The notes under the pieces: generated by a model
Told to the model about the DNA's origin: nothing
The model's database searches: none
What the model saw: the letters and a program-made list of their open reading frames with translations, nothing else
In this document: positions 29,269 to 39,129 of the stretch, one piece after another
How the letters are laid out: each line of letters begins with the position of its first letter
Numbering within the stretch: the stretch's first letter is position 1
NCBI GenBank assembly: GCA_963847765.1
Contig: CAWKBA010000008.1
Location: 10,643 to 74,642 of the forward strand
DNA length: 64,000 nt
Origin: Candidatus Melainabacteria bacterium
Lineage (GTDB): Bacteria; Cyanobacteriota; Vampirovibrionia; Obscuribacterales; Obscuribacteraceae
Reading direction: 5' to 3'
Made by a program: the position numbers and the translations under genes

Positions 29269-29836
29269 ACCTTGTATTTATCAATCACACCCTTTTGCTG
29301 GTCATTGTAATCATTGCCATTATCATTGATTGGCGCACCACTAAGATTCCCAATTGGCTTACTTTCCCTGCTGCTGCCTGCGGTATTATTCTCAACTTCC
29401 TTGTTGAGGGTTGGCATGGAGCTTTAATGGCTGCTGCCGGTTGGTTATTGGCAGCAGTGGTATCTGCTGTCCTGGGTAATTTACCTCTGGGTGCTGCCTC
29501 TAAGGGTGGTGGCTTTGGCATGGGCGACGTTAAATTGCTGGCTGCTGTTGGTGCTTTTTAGGGCCAAAAAGTGCCCTGATTGCCATTTTTTACTTCTGTC
29601 TTTTCTTTGGATTGATCTCATGCTTTCTTCTGTCCAGGAAAGTGCCCTGGAAGCAAGTTGGTATTCTTGTCTCTACAGCAATTTTTGACGGCGATATTAG
29701 TGGTGTTAAACTCGATACCAGCCAGCTGCGCGCGCAAGGCAAATCCCCCATACCAGTCAGCGTAGCTATACTCGTCGCTGCCGTTTTGACTATTTATTTT
29801 AGAGTGCAGACTCTGCAATTTTTCGGATTGCATTAA
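29265..29836 (+). CDS. tadV: Flp prepilin peptidase (A24 family, TadV/CpaA type), one homopolymer frameshift as sequenced
   Basis: The catalytic Asp contexts are IIDWRTTKIPN and GMGDVKLL. The frames join if the T5 run at 29555..29559 has one more base. Confidence 0.7.
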
Positions 29837-30204
29837 GTAGCGCAGCCGCTTGCGGCGTGCATTACAATCAACTGATCGCCAATTTGTGTGCCGGTTTTGC
29901 TGATCACACCGGCAGGCAGTTCAAGACAACTGTGTGCCCGGGGATATATTGCCGATATTTGCCAGGGCTTAAGATCTTCGCACAGACCAACCACTACCAG
30001 TTTTTTGTCAATGAAAATAGCATCAATTGAGTAAGTCATACCTATGCAGTGAATGGCATTGCAGGGAATAATGAGCATACCTTGATCCAGCTCCAGAGGA
30101 GGGCTAAATAACAAGCCTCGCAAGCGTGCCAACAAACTACTGGCTTTGCATACCTGCTCAGCTAGAACCTGCTGGCGGGTTTCATTTGTTATCTGCAAAG
30201 GCAT
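29833..30204 (-). CDS. DUF192 family protein
   Basis: 123 aa. RLRGLLF...GMLIIPCNAIH..GM.YSIDAIFID...ELPAG is typical of DUF192/COG1430. Confidence 0.7.
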   Translation of the reverse strand: MPLQITNETRQQVLAEQVCKASSLLARLRGLLFSPPLELDQGMLIIPCNAIHCIGMTYSIDAIFIDKKLVVVGLCEDLKPWQISAIYPRAHSCLELPAGVISKTGTQIGDQLIVMHAASGCAT

Positions 30205-30241
30205 TGTAATTGCCTGCTGGGACTGCTAAGCGTTAGCATTT

Positions 30242-31171
30242 TCACTTCGTGCCGCCCATCATCGGACCAAGTGCAGTCATAATGGTAATGATAGCTGGAC
30301 CTAACATAGGCGCCATAATCAACGGCATAACAAATATCATAATTACTGGAATCATCTTTACCGGTACTTTGGCTGCTTCTTCCTCTTTCTTACGTTTTAG
30401 CCGTTCGCGCAATGCTTCGCCTTGCTGTCTTAATGGATAACTGATGTCTGAACCTTTCGCTTCAGCAGCTATCAAAGCACTAGCCATGCTGATAAGTTCG
30501 TCCACTCCACAGCGCTCACCCATCTCTCTCAAGGCTATTGGTACGGATTTGGCAAATATCTTAACGTCACTAATCAACTGTTGCATTTCTGCTGCCATGA
30601 TCGGGCAGGAATCAGCCGTTTCTTTGCCAACCTTATCCACGGCCATTAAAAGACCTAGTCCTGCCTGAGCGCAGACAATCATCAAGTCAATTATGGTTGG
30701 CAATTCTCTAAGCAAAGTATTTTGCCTGGCTTTGGCACGACCACCAAGAAAAAAATTAGGGAAATACCAGCCCACACCTACTGCCGGTATACACATAAAA
30801 AGCATCATCGGACTACCGGAAGCGGATAATATGCCGGTCAAAAGAATAATAGCTATAAAACTTGCTTTTATGCCCATGTATATGGCCAGGTGAGCAGGAG
30901 TGCGGTAATTAGCTTGTGTCAAAAGTTCAACAGTACGCCTATCCGCAACTGCCGGCATTACGCTCAGCACCAGTTCTCCAACTGTTCGCATCAGAGATAG
31001 TAAAAGGGATTCTTGTGGTTTGCCGGCCGCTGAATCTTGAGAAGCCTTGCGCGGGCGTATCCTCACCGCATAAGAGTCAACATATTGAGCAAAAACCGGA
31101 CGCATTAATAAAATTAGCGCCCCGCCTACTCCCAAGAAAGTTAATATGCCGACTATAAATGTAGATCCCAA
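30242..31171 (-). CDS. tadC: Tad pilus platform protein TadC (T2SSF domain)
   Basis: 309 aa polytopic protein with a T2SSF-like core (LPTIIDLMIVCAQAGLGL), placed after tadB. Confidence 0.8.
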   Translation of the reverse strand: MGSTFIVGILTFLGVGGALILLMRPVFAQYVDSYAVRIRPRKASQDSAAGKPQESLLLSLMRTVGELVLSVMPAVADRRTVELLTQANYRTPAHLAIYMGIKASFIAIILLTGILSASGSPMMLFMCIPAVGVGWYFPNFFLGGRAKARQNTLLRELPTIIDLMIVCAQAGLGLLMAVDKVGKETADSCPIMAAEMQQLISDVKIFAKSVPIALREMGERCGVDELISMASALIAAEAKGSDISYPLRQQGEALRERLKRKKEEEAAKVPVKMIPVIMIFVMPLIMAPMLGPAIITIMTALGPMMGGTK

Positions 31172-31177
31172 AGTAAG

Positions 31178-32023
31178 TTACACCTCAAAAGTAGTCATTC
31201 TGATCAAGATATAGGCACCTATAAATTCCCAACCTATTAAAACAAAGAGGATGACCCGCGCTACCGGATGATTAAGAAACGGAATAATATATCCAGGAGA
31301 AATTGCATAAGTCATAAGGATTATGGCATATGGTATGGAACCAATAAATATAGCCGTCATTTTCCCCTGCGCTGTTAGAGCATTCATATAGTCACGCAAT
31401 TTGAAACGCTCTCTTATTGAATCGGCAATTGTAGCTACAACATCAGCTAAATTACCACCGACGTCCTGACTGATAAAAATAGCCTGGGACAGTAATTTAA
31501 AATCGGGGGTATTAATTCTGGCAGCCATTTCGTGCATGGCGTCTCTAAATGCTTTTCCCAACTGCAAAGAAACAAGCCCTCGCTTAAATTCCGAACGTAT
31601 GGGATCAGTGCCTGTTTCAGCCAACACTTTGAAAACTTCTATAACGGGCGACCCTGCTCTGAGCGCACTAACCATGGTTTCCAGAGTCTGGGGCAGCTGT
31701 TCCATAATCTTACTTTGCCGTTTTGTGGCTAGCTGCCCTATATAAGCAATAAAACCACCCGCTCCTAAAAACAATCCGGCAACAAATGCAATCACATTCA
31801 GCTCAGGCACATAGAATAATGCTAATCCGGCCAAAACAACTCCAGTGATAAGAGAAGTAACTATCCATTGTACCTTCATCTCATTATATTTAGCCTCAAG
31901 ACCAGCCTGAGCTAATTTTTGGGCAAGATAATTCTCATGCCGAGTGGTTAGAAAAATATTCACATCTTCCTGATCGTGATATTTCAGCTTCATTTTTTTT
32001 CGATGCTGATTCAAACGAAGCAT
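31178..32023 (-). CDS. tadB: Tad pilus platform protein TadB (T2SSF domain)
   Basis: 281 aa with the T2SSF core (LPQTLETMVSALRAGSPV), placed after cpaF. Confidence 0.8.
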   Translation of the reverse strand: MLRLNQHRKKMKLKYHDQEDVNIFLTTRHENYLAQKLAQAGLEAKYNEMKVQWIVTSLITGVVLAGLALFYVPELNVIAFVAGLFLGAGGFIAYIGQLATKRQSKIMEQLPQTLETMVSALRAGSPVIEVFKVLAETGTDPIRSEFKRGLVSLQLGKAFRDAMHEMAARINTPDFKLLSQAIFISQDVGGNLADVVATIADSIRERFKLRDYMNALTAQGKMTAIFIGSIPYAIILMTYAISPGYIIPFLNHPVARVILFVLIGWEFIGAYILIRMTTFEV

Positions 32024-32167
32024 TTCATCGGACCAGGCCCGCGAACAAACTTAAGCGTGACCACCCCCGCTAGAATAACAACGACAAAAATTGATATTGC
32101 AATGCTTTCCATAAGCTACATGCTACTATACATCAGCCTCAAAGACCCGGATAAACCCACCGCCTTT

Positions 32168-33820
32168 TTATCTAAGCCATTCCAGTTTGAACGGCACAGA
32201 CTCTTGTTCGAGCTGTTCTAGGAATTTTGGCGGCAATCCAGAGCCAACATGGCGACATTTGAAAAATCCGCGCGCGTCTCTGCCCTCTCTTTCCAAATGG
32301 AATAGGGAGCTGATGGCAATGGTTTCACCTTCCATACCGGTTATTTCACAAATTTCCGTTACTCTCCTTGTACCATCTTCCAGACGGCGGATTTGCACAA
32401 TAACTTGAATTGCCGAGGCAATTAACTCGCGTGCTGCTTTGGCCGGCATATCCATACCAGCCATAAGAATCATATTCTCCAGACGTTTTGTGCAATCTCG
32501 CGGCGTGTTGGCGTGAATAGTCGTCATAGAACCCGAGTGACCAGTGTTCATTGCCTGCAACATATCAAATGCCTCTTCACCCCGGCATTCTCCCATAATA
32601 ATCCTATCCGGTCTCATCCGTAGTGTGTTAACTACAAGCATGCGTTGTGTTATCTGCCCTTTGCCTTCGGTGTTAGCCGGCCTTGTTTCCATCCTCACCC
32701 AGTGATCGTGTTGCAAGCGCAGTTCAGCTGCGTCTTCGATTGTAATAATGCGTTCACGTGGATTAATGTGAGCAGAAAGAGCATTTAACAGAGTTGTTTT
32801 ACCGGAGCCGGTACCACCGGATATGATTAAATTGATGCGCCCCTTAACGCATGATTTGAGCACTTCCGCCATCTGTACAGACATAGCTCCTTTTTCTACG
32901 AGCTGTCCAAGAGACATGGCATTGGCGCCGAAACATCGTATCGTGATCGTCGGACCATCGATTGTCACTGGTGGAATAGTGGCATTAACACGTGAACCAT
33001 TGGGTAAGCGAGCATCAACCATTGGCGAGTTATCATCTAATCTTCTTCCTAGCGGTTGAATAATTTTATCGATTGTCTGGCGTAAATGTCTTTCATTTTC
33101 AAAAGCTACAGCCGTCTTCTCCAGCCTGCCATGACGTTCAACATAGATATTATTCACACCATTAACACAAATATCTCCAATACTGGGATCGCGTAAAAGT
33201 GGTCCTAAAGGGCCAAAGCCAAAGACTTCGTCCAAAATATTTTGCAGCAGTATACCCTTTTCCATCATGGTTAAAGGGGCTGGATCCGAATTGACAATTT
33301 CACGTATGCGGGCACGCACCTGGGCTTGCGTATCTTCAGAAATATTGGTTAACCTTGAAGTATCAAGCTCACGGCGCAGTTGATCAATAATGAATTTTTC
33401 ACGCTCTCTGATAAGCTGCTGGTTAGCGGAAAACTTGGCTCCCATATCTCCACTAACAGCTGCGTTTTCTGCTGCACCACCATGCCCATAGTTAGCGTCT
33501 TCTTTTGCATCAATGCGTTCTATCTCGGCTCGGCTTGGTCCCATGCCAGCTTCCACGGCAGACCCACCTGGACGGCTGGCACCACCAGCAATACCAGTAG
33601 CCGTTCCACCGGGTCTCTGCATGCCACTTTGTCCAGGCGGTGGCGCTGCTGTTTTACCGCCAACACCTGTAGAACCTTGCTGCCCAGATAATCCTGTTGC
33701 TTGCTGTTGGGCCGGCACGACATCTGCACCCTGTCTTTGCCTGACTAATTGCCCCATCAACGATGAGGCGGGTCTTGCCGGCAAATTCTGGTCTTTTCTT
33801 TCCTCACCCATAAAACTCAA
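32168..33820 (-). CDS. cpaF: Tad pilus secretion ATPase CpaF/TadA with about 110-aa low-complexity N-terminal extension
   Basis: Walker [12 protein letters not shown], Asp box [10 protein letters not shown], Walker B and His box (IIMGECRG...[14 protein letters not shown]). The N-terminus is G/A/P/Q-rich. Confidence 0.9.
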   Translation of the reverse strand: MSFMGEERKDQNLPARPASSLMGQLVRQRQGADVVPAQQQATGLSGQQGSTGVGGKTAAPPPGQSGMQRPGGTATGIAGGASRPGGSAVEAGMGPSRAEIERIDAKEDANYGHGGAAENAAVSGDMGAKFSANQQLIREREKFIIDQLRRELDTSRLTNISEDTQAQVRARIREIVNSDPAPLTMMEKGILLQNILDEVFGFGPLGPLLRDPSIGDICVNGVNNIYVERHGRLEKTAVAFENERHLRQTIDKIIQPLGRRLDDNSPMVDARLPNGSRVNATIPPVTIDGPTITIRCFGANAMSLGQLVEKGAMSVQMAEVLKSCVKGRINLIISGGTGSGKTTLLNALSAHINPRERIITIEDAAELRLQHDHWVRMETRPANTEGKGQITQRMLVVNTLRMRPDRIIMGECRGEEAFDMLQAMNTGHSGSMTTIHANTPRDCTKRLENMILMAGMDMPAKAARELIASAIQVIVQIRRLEDGTRRVTEICEITGMEGETIAISSLFHLEREGRDARGFFKCRHVGSGLPPKFLEQLEQESVPFKLEWLR

Positions 33821-33837
33821 TCACCATCCTTAAACCT

Positions 33838-33863
33838 GTAGGGGCGGGGCTTGTCTCCGCCCG
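33838..33863 (+). repeat. GTAGGGGC hairpin element (cpaE-cpaF intergenic)
   Basis: gtaggggcggggcttgtctccgcccg has the stem GGGCGG/CCGCCC. Confidence 0.8.
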
Positions 33864-33878
33864 TGTTCTCACCCGCCG

Positions 33879-35069
33879 TCATCGTTTGAAGAACGCCGGC
33901 AATTTGAAACCTTTAGCCTTTTCAGTAGTAGTATTATCTTTTTGTTGTGTAATAAGAAGCTGTTCGCCTCCGGCTAATCTTCTTGCCAGCGAGTCAAGTG
34001 ATTTCCCCAGAGCCGATTGCGTGGGAGAAATTTGCCCTTGATTATTCGCCCATTTTGCTGTTTTGGCATCATTAGGTACTTCATGAAAAATCGGATAATT
34101 TAAACTGGCACGGCATTCACTCAAAACGTCCTGCGGCTGCCACTCAGAGCGATTAATTATCAGAAGTAGCTTTTCCTGATTGTAATGCGCCTTAAACGTA
34201 TCCAGGCATTTGCGCGCATTAACAATCGCCGCCCAGTTGTATTCTGTAATAACCAGCACCTGATCTGCCAGATCTAAGGTGGCTATGGCTCGTTCATCTA
34301 ACAAGTTTTTGGGCAGATCGACAAGAGTAAAGCGAAATTCCTGCTTGGCCGTATAAAGAATTTCCTGAACCTGAGCAGCATAAATATCACCAATGTCTTC
34401 CAGATCCGGCGGGGCAGCAAGAACACTCAATTTTTCATCATATCTGGTCATTAAGTTGCGCAAATAAGTGGCATCAAAGTTAGTATGTGAAAAATCAATC
34501 GTGCTCAAACTGAAAGATGGTTCCAGGTTTAAATACTGAGAAACCATGCCGAATTGCAAATCGAGATCGACAATACAAGTTTCACCGTATTTGCCCAGAT
34601 AACCAGCCAAGTTTGTGCAAATTGTAGTGGCACCAATACCACCAGTAGGGCTAAAAATTGCAATTACCTTGCCGGCAGCAGTTGATATCGATTCACTTTG
34701 ATGCTTAAGTTGAATACTCTGCACCGCAGCAGGTAAATCAGTCCGCCACCGCTCAGCATCAAGGAAATCAGACGCCCCTAATCTATAGGCTGTTCTAATC
34801 AATTCCGGATCAGGCACTTCATAACTGACAAAGAAATAAACATCAGGAAAGGTTTCTCTTAATTCAGCCAGCAGTGACAGCCCCCGTACCGGCGCCGGAC
34901 TCAGTTCAATCCAAACCAGTTTAGGGTGCAGACTGCCTATTTGCTCTCGGGCCATACTGCCAGATACCGTACTAACCAGGGCTAACGAAGGCTGGCTATG
35001 AATCAGATCTTCTATGGTCTGGCGCTTATCCAAACCAGCATCACAAATTAACACTGTAGTCAGTTTCAT
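33879..35069 (-). CDS. cpaE: TadZ/CpaE-type pilus assembly protein (atypical receiver plus ParA/MinD-like ATPase fold)
   Basis: The N-terminus is receiver-like, followed by a deviant P-loop (IAIFSPTGGIGATT). Confidence 0.75.
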   Translation of the reverse strand: MKLTTVLICDAGLDKRQTIEDLIHSQPSLALVSTVSGSMAREQIGSLHPKLVWIELSPAPVRGLSLLAELRETFPDVYFFVSYEVPDPELIRTAYRLGASDFLDAERWRTDLPAAVQSIQLKHQSESISTAAGKVIAIFSPTGGIGATTICTNLAGYLGKYGETCIVDLDLQFGMVSQYLNLEPSFSLSTIDFSHTNFDATYLRNLMTRYDEKLSVLAAPPDLEDIGDIYAAQVQEILYTAKQEFRFTLVDLPKNLLDERAIATLDLADQVLVITEYNWAAIVNARKCLDTFKAHYNQEKLLLIINRSEWQPQDVLSECRASLNYPIFHEVPNDAKTAKWANNQGQISPTQSALGKSLDSLARRLAGGEQLLITQQKDNTTTEKAKGFKLPAFFKR

Positions 35070-35133
35070 ATTTTAATAGCCTTAATTCTCCCCAGCTATA
35101 GAATTTGTACCCAGCCTGCCGTAGATGAATCGT

Positions 35134-36081
35134 CTACCCGCTGGGCACAGAGACTACATCTTTGGCGCTGCCTTTCCAGACTTCTATTTCATGCATAGGA
35201 GGAGGCGGTGGAGCTGCCGGAGCCATAGCTCCTGGCATTCCTGCTCCCATATCGGGACCACCAGGCAATGGTGGTGGTGGTAGTGAACTTGGTGGAGGCA
35301 GGGCGGCTATATCATCGCCTTTACCACCTCCAGCAAACATAGAAGTAACATCCACAGTAGCCACCGGCTTGCGGTCCTTATCATTTCTCAAGGTCAGATA
35401 AAGTTTGCTGGCGCTGATGGCCTTAATTAATTTATTGGCATCTTCAGGGCTCACACAAACAGTTACAGAACTAGAAGGAATGGCTGTAGATTGCCCAGGA
35501 TTTTTCTGATAAAGCTGCCCAACAGCAATTACTTCCACGTCTGATAATATTGGTGCTGCTTTTGTTTCAGCCCCGGCACCGACCATAGCAATAATATCTA
35601 CACGGCTATCCGGATTAACAAAACCAGCAACTCCAGAATTATTGTCCACACCAAAGGTTAGAGCTCGCATACCTTCTTTAAGTTTGGCTTCAAAGCCCAG
35701 TGAAATACCTTGTGGAGCCAGATCATGCTGGGAAACTATCTGTCCGGCCAGAATGCCGTATTTAGCAATCCGTCCAGTAGCCAAGCTGGCGGAAGTAATA
35801 GCGTCTTGTGGTATTTTGCTTTGTTCAATTTCCCTTTCTTCTAAAGCTTCGCTTGGTATAGCTTGTCCTTCAGGTATATCTTTAATTGTATAAACGACTT
35901 TGCCCTTGGCATTAGCTTTTTGCTCCAGTTCAGCTTTGCGTGCTTCGTAGGTCTTGGTTTGCTCCGAAATAATTCCAGTGACCCCCATAGCAATAACACC
36001 TGCCACGACAACAATAATTACTAAAAGCAGCGCAATCGGTATTCTGGAAAGCTGCAATATTAGCGCCTGTAATGGATTCAT
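35134..36081 (-). CDS. cpaB: Flp pilus assembly protein CpaB/RcpC with Pro-rich C-terminal tail
   Basis: N-terminal TM, SAF-like and RcpC-like regions. The tail is LPPPSSLPPPPLPGGPDMGAGMPGAMAPAAPPPPP. Confidence 0.75.
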   Translation of the reverse strand: MNPLQALILQLSRIPIALLLVIIVVVAGVIAMGVTGIISEQTKTYEARKAELEQKANAKGKVVYTIKDIPEGQAIPSEALEEREIEQSKIPQDAITSASLATGRIAKYGILAGQIVSQHDLAPQGISLGFEAKLKEGMRALTFGVDNNSGVAGFVNPDSRVDIIAMVGAGAETKAAPILSDVEVIAVGQLYQKNPGQSTAIPSSSVTVCVSPEDANKLIKAISASKLYLTLRNDKDRKPVATVDVTSMFAGGGKGDDIAALPPPSSLPPPPLPGGPDMGAGMPGAMAPAAPPPPPMHEIEVWKGSAKDVVSVPSG

Positions 36082-36420
36082 TAACCTCTCTCCTTATTCC
36101 TTAAATTCCTTACTGTAACCCTGCTCTCAAACTCTAATTCTGTAACAATCTTCCCTTATTAACCAGTCCACTATTTATCATTTTCTCCAGTACAAGTATC
36201 ACTCATATTTTGCCAATCGACTTTAACTGGCCGGTAAACTTATTAAGGAGCGATTTACTAAACTAACAGTCTTCTTAATAATTTGCCCCACAGATTTCTC
36301 TTGCCACATCTGCCAAGCTTTTATTCTCTTCTCCAGTTATTTATTTCGGAAGATACACAACTGGCGCAGAAAAGAAGCCTTTTCCCTGCCTCTTTACTGC
36401 AAAAATCAGGATACTTAAGT

Positions 36421-36597
36421 CTATTGTGAGCCCTTGGTTATAGAACTTAATTGTCCTATGACTGAAGAAAACGCATTCTGTATAGATGTACTAAAGGACC
36501 CTTGCAAGCTAAAGATAATACTAATAACCAGAGCTATGAAAGCTAGAATGGCTCCATATTCAGTAATACCCTGTCCGGATTCATCAAAAAAAAGCAT
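36421..36597 (-). CDS. flp: Flp-family type IVb pilin (copy 1)
   Basis: The Flp motif is ESGQGITEYGAILAFIALVISIIF. An RBS-supported ATG at 36617 is out of frame unless the A8 run at 36586..36593 has one more base. Confidence 0.8.
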   Translation of the reverse strand: MLFFDESGQGITEYGAILAFIALVISIIFSLQGSFSTSIQNAFSSVIGQLSSITKGSQ

Positions 36598-36907
36598 TTT
36601 GCTAAGCCGGTAATCATAACAATCTCCTGAAATAATCATAACTAGATCACACAAGCCGGTCTAATTATCAAGGGCTACTTTTATGCGGAGAATTAAAAGG
36701 CAGTCTTTTAACGAGAACTACTCTGGTAAAAATTTAACAAAAGAGCAATTAGAACCTAAATAGCCTTAGCTTCATTATATATAATTGCCTGGAAAGCTCT
36801 ATATTTCTTAAATATTCTCTTTCCGTATGTTATTGCCGCACAGCACTACGTTCAGATCAAGCATTTTGATAAAAGCCTGATTGATGAAATAGTTAAACTG
36901 TTAAACC

Positions 36908-37125
36908 AAAGCCTGTTCTGAGCTTACGAGCCGCCGGCTATAGAATTTAACTGTCCGCCGACCGAAGAAAACGCATTTTGCAATGCAGCTTGGAACGACC
37001 CCTGCAAACCAAAGATAATGGCAATAATAAGCGCTACGAAAGCCAGAATGGCTCCGTACTCAGTAATGCCCTGTCCAGACTCATTAGTAAAAAAGTGTTT
37101 TAAGTTAATAAGCATAACAACCTCC
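36908..37125 (-). repeat. Left arm of 218-bp inverted repeat (contains flp copy 2 with RBS and 3' flank)
   Basis: Its reverse complement matches 38868..39085 with about 11 mismatches by my hand alignment. Confidence 0.9.
36924..37115 (-). CDS. flp: Flp-family type IVb pilin (copy 2)
   Basis: MLINLKHFFTNESGQGITEYGAILAFVALIIAIIFGLQGSF..., with AGGAGG 6 nt upstream of the ATG. Confidence 0.85.
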   Translation of the reverse strand: MLINLKHFFTNESGQGITEYGAILAFVALIIAIIFGLQGSFQAALQNAFSSVGGQLNSIAGGS

Positions 37126-37350
37126 TGAAAAACACCAATAGCTAGACTAAACAATTCAGCCTAATTATCAAGGGCTACTTTTATTTGAGAATTTAATAGC
37201 TGTCTTTTAATGAGGACAACTCTAGTAAAGATTAAACAAAAAATCAATATAGAACCTTATAGCCCTAGTTTTATTATATATAGCCTTGCTTGAAAAGTTT
37301 TCTTTTTTAAACATTTCCTTTTCGTATCTTATTGCTATACATTGCCCGGT

Positions 37351-38598
37351 TCAGGACAGGCTTTTTGATAGAAGCTTTGGCTGGCATATGATTTTCAGCA
37401 CCCGAGAATACGCCCATATTACAGTTGTTGTTAAAAATAATGGCTGAGCTAAATTATGCATGAACAGGACAATCAATATATATAAGTCAACCAAAAACCA
37501 TAACAGCAATAATTCGCGCCTGAGGCTTTGATTAGATTTCAAAACAGGATTTTCAAAAACAATCATACCGGCAATAGCAAAAATACTAAGATCGTAATAG
37601 CGCAAATATGGCAAAATCAACGGCAAAATCAGTATGCCAAGCACAAAGATCAAGGACATAACACCGGTATTGTTCATAGGCATTCTTTTAACTAGCTGCC
37701 GGCAAAAAAATAGAGCCTGCAAGAATATGATCATTGCCAGCAAGTAAATCACAAAATCAAGTGCTGGCTGCCAGTGAGCCGGGAAAAGCGTTGTGATCGC
37801 CTCATGCAATGAGCTAATTAGAAATGTCTTGTGCTGGCAAGTAGGATCTCGCCAAATTTCAGCATCCAGTTTTAGAGAAGACAACCATTTATTGGCTACA
37901 ACCGGTCCAAAACAAAAAATACTGCTGAGGCTTACAACAAGCATTCCAACAATGAAACTGGCTAAACAGCTCAATTTTTTTGACCTGGTGAAAGCAGCAA
38001 TAAAGAAAACAGGTACGGCTATAAATTGAGGTTTGAGCAATAACAAAGACCAAGCCAGCCCAGCTTTAACAGGCTTTTCTTTAGCATAGTAATAATAACC
38101 AAGGGCCAGAGGCAGACAAAGAATTATCAGACCAATCTGTCCGATAAATAAAGTGTGGATGATAGGCAAATAGAGAAGGCTGTCCCAAAAATAGGCTAAA
38201 TAGTTTCCACCATTTAACGAGGCCATAAGTGCTGAACATAATAAAAGAGCTAACAAGGAAAGCACCTGCCAAACTATAAATGCCGTTTGTGGCGATAAAT
38301 GGCTAAAAGGCTCAAACAAAAGTGCAATTAAAGGCGGGTATTGAAAAAATGGTTTTGCATTTGCTGCCAGGTGCGGCAAGATTTGGTGAGCGCAACGATC
38401 AAATGGTGCTTGAGCAAACGATGTTTGGTTTTGATCCGGATAAAGGTCGGTAGTTTTACCTTCTTTGACCATACAACCAGCAACATAAAAGGCTGCCAGG
38501 AAATCTGTTTGCTGGTTAACGTCAGCACAGGCAAAAGCACCACAGGTAACAAAAACCAGGAGTAAGACAGCGATTATTCTTAAAACAATACTTTTCAT
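37351..38598 (-). CDS. GT87/DUF2029-like polytopic glycosyltransferase (GT-C fold)
   Basis: 415 aa with many TM helices. The N-terminal pattern DFLAAFYVAGCMVKEGKTTDLY...FFQYPPLIALLFEPF is typical of DUF2029. Confidence 0.6.
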   Translation of the reverse strand: MKSIVLRIIAVLLLVFVTCGAFACADVNQQTDFLAAFYVAGCMVKEGKTTDLYPDQNQTSFAQAPFDRCAHQILPHLAANAKPFFQYPPLIALLFEPFSHLSPQTAFIVWQVLSLLALLLCSALMASLNGGNYLAYFWDSLLYLPIIHTLFIGQIGLIILCLPLALGYYYYAKEKPVKAGLAWSLLLLKPQFIAVPVFFIAAFTRSKKLSCLASFIVGMLVVSLSSIFCFGPVVANKWLSSLKLDAEIWRDPTCQHKTFLISSLHEAITTLFPAHWQPALDFVIYLLAMIIFLQALFFCRQLVKRMPMNNTGVMSLIFVLGILILPLILPYLRYYDLSIFAIAGMIVFENPVLKSNQSLRRELLLLWFLVDLYILIVLFMHNLAQPLFLTTTVIWAYSRVLKIICQPKLLSKSLS

Positions 38599-38867
38599 TT
38601 TTTTGGCAACAACAACTGAATTATTAAATTCAAGACATTAAATTCTCGAAAATCACCTTGGCAATTTCAACTTGGCTAAGATAGAATGAAAATAACTGTA
38701 TTCATTTAACTAGAAATAGTTGGCTGGATTCAGCTTTTGAAAATTAGCTTCTTTACTATAATTACTACCTTAGTTTTTCAAAGTTCTACGGCTTCTTAAT
38801 TGCTAAATTGACATTACACCTTAACAGTTAATGTTGTTTAGTGAAAATAAGATATAAATGGGGGATC

Positions 38868-39085
38868 GGGAGGTTGCTATGTTTACTAACTTAAAGCACT
38901 TTTTTACTAATGAGTCTGGACAGGGCATTACTGAGTACGGAGCCATTCTGGCTTTCGTAGCACTTATTATTGCCATTGTCTTTGGTTTAAAGGGGTCGTT
39001 CCAAGCTGCATTGCAAAATGCGTTTTCTTCGGTCGGCGCTCAATTAAATTCTATAGCCGGCGGCTCGTAAGCTCAGAACAGGCTT
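38868..39085 (+). repeat. Right arm of 218-bp inverted repeat (contains flp copy 3)
   Basis: See the left arm. The identity extends 15 nt past the stop codon (taagctcagaacaggcttt). Confidence 0.9.
38879..39070 (+). CDS. flp: Flp-family type IVb pilin (copy 3)
   Basis: MFTNLKHFFTNESGQGITEYGAILAFVALIIAIVFGLKGSF..., with GGGAGG upstream of the ATG. Confidence 0.85.
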   Translation: MFTNLKHFFTNESGQGITEYGAILAFVALIIAIVFGLKGSFQAALQNAFSSVGAQLNSIAGGS

Positions 39086-39129
39086 TTTAAGAATTACTGT
39101 TTGACACTTGGTCAATCAGAGGGGGGGAT

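Noticed and set aside
33380-33833. Long ORFs overlap the cpaF 5' region on other frames or the opposite strand. Similar cases are 35162..35401, 58763..59157, 58890..59150, 8211..8681, 4790..5323 and 12742..13203.
   Set aside because: They lie entirely inside strongly supported CDSs. They occur where GC content or low-complexity sequence suppresses stop codons, and they encode Pro/Arg/Ala-rich or otherwise featureless peptides.
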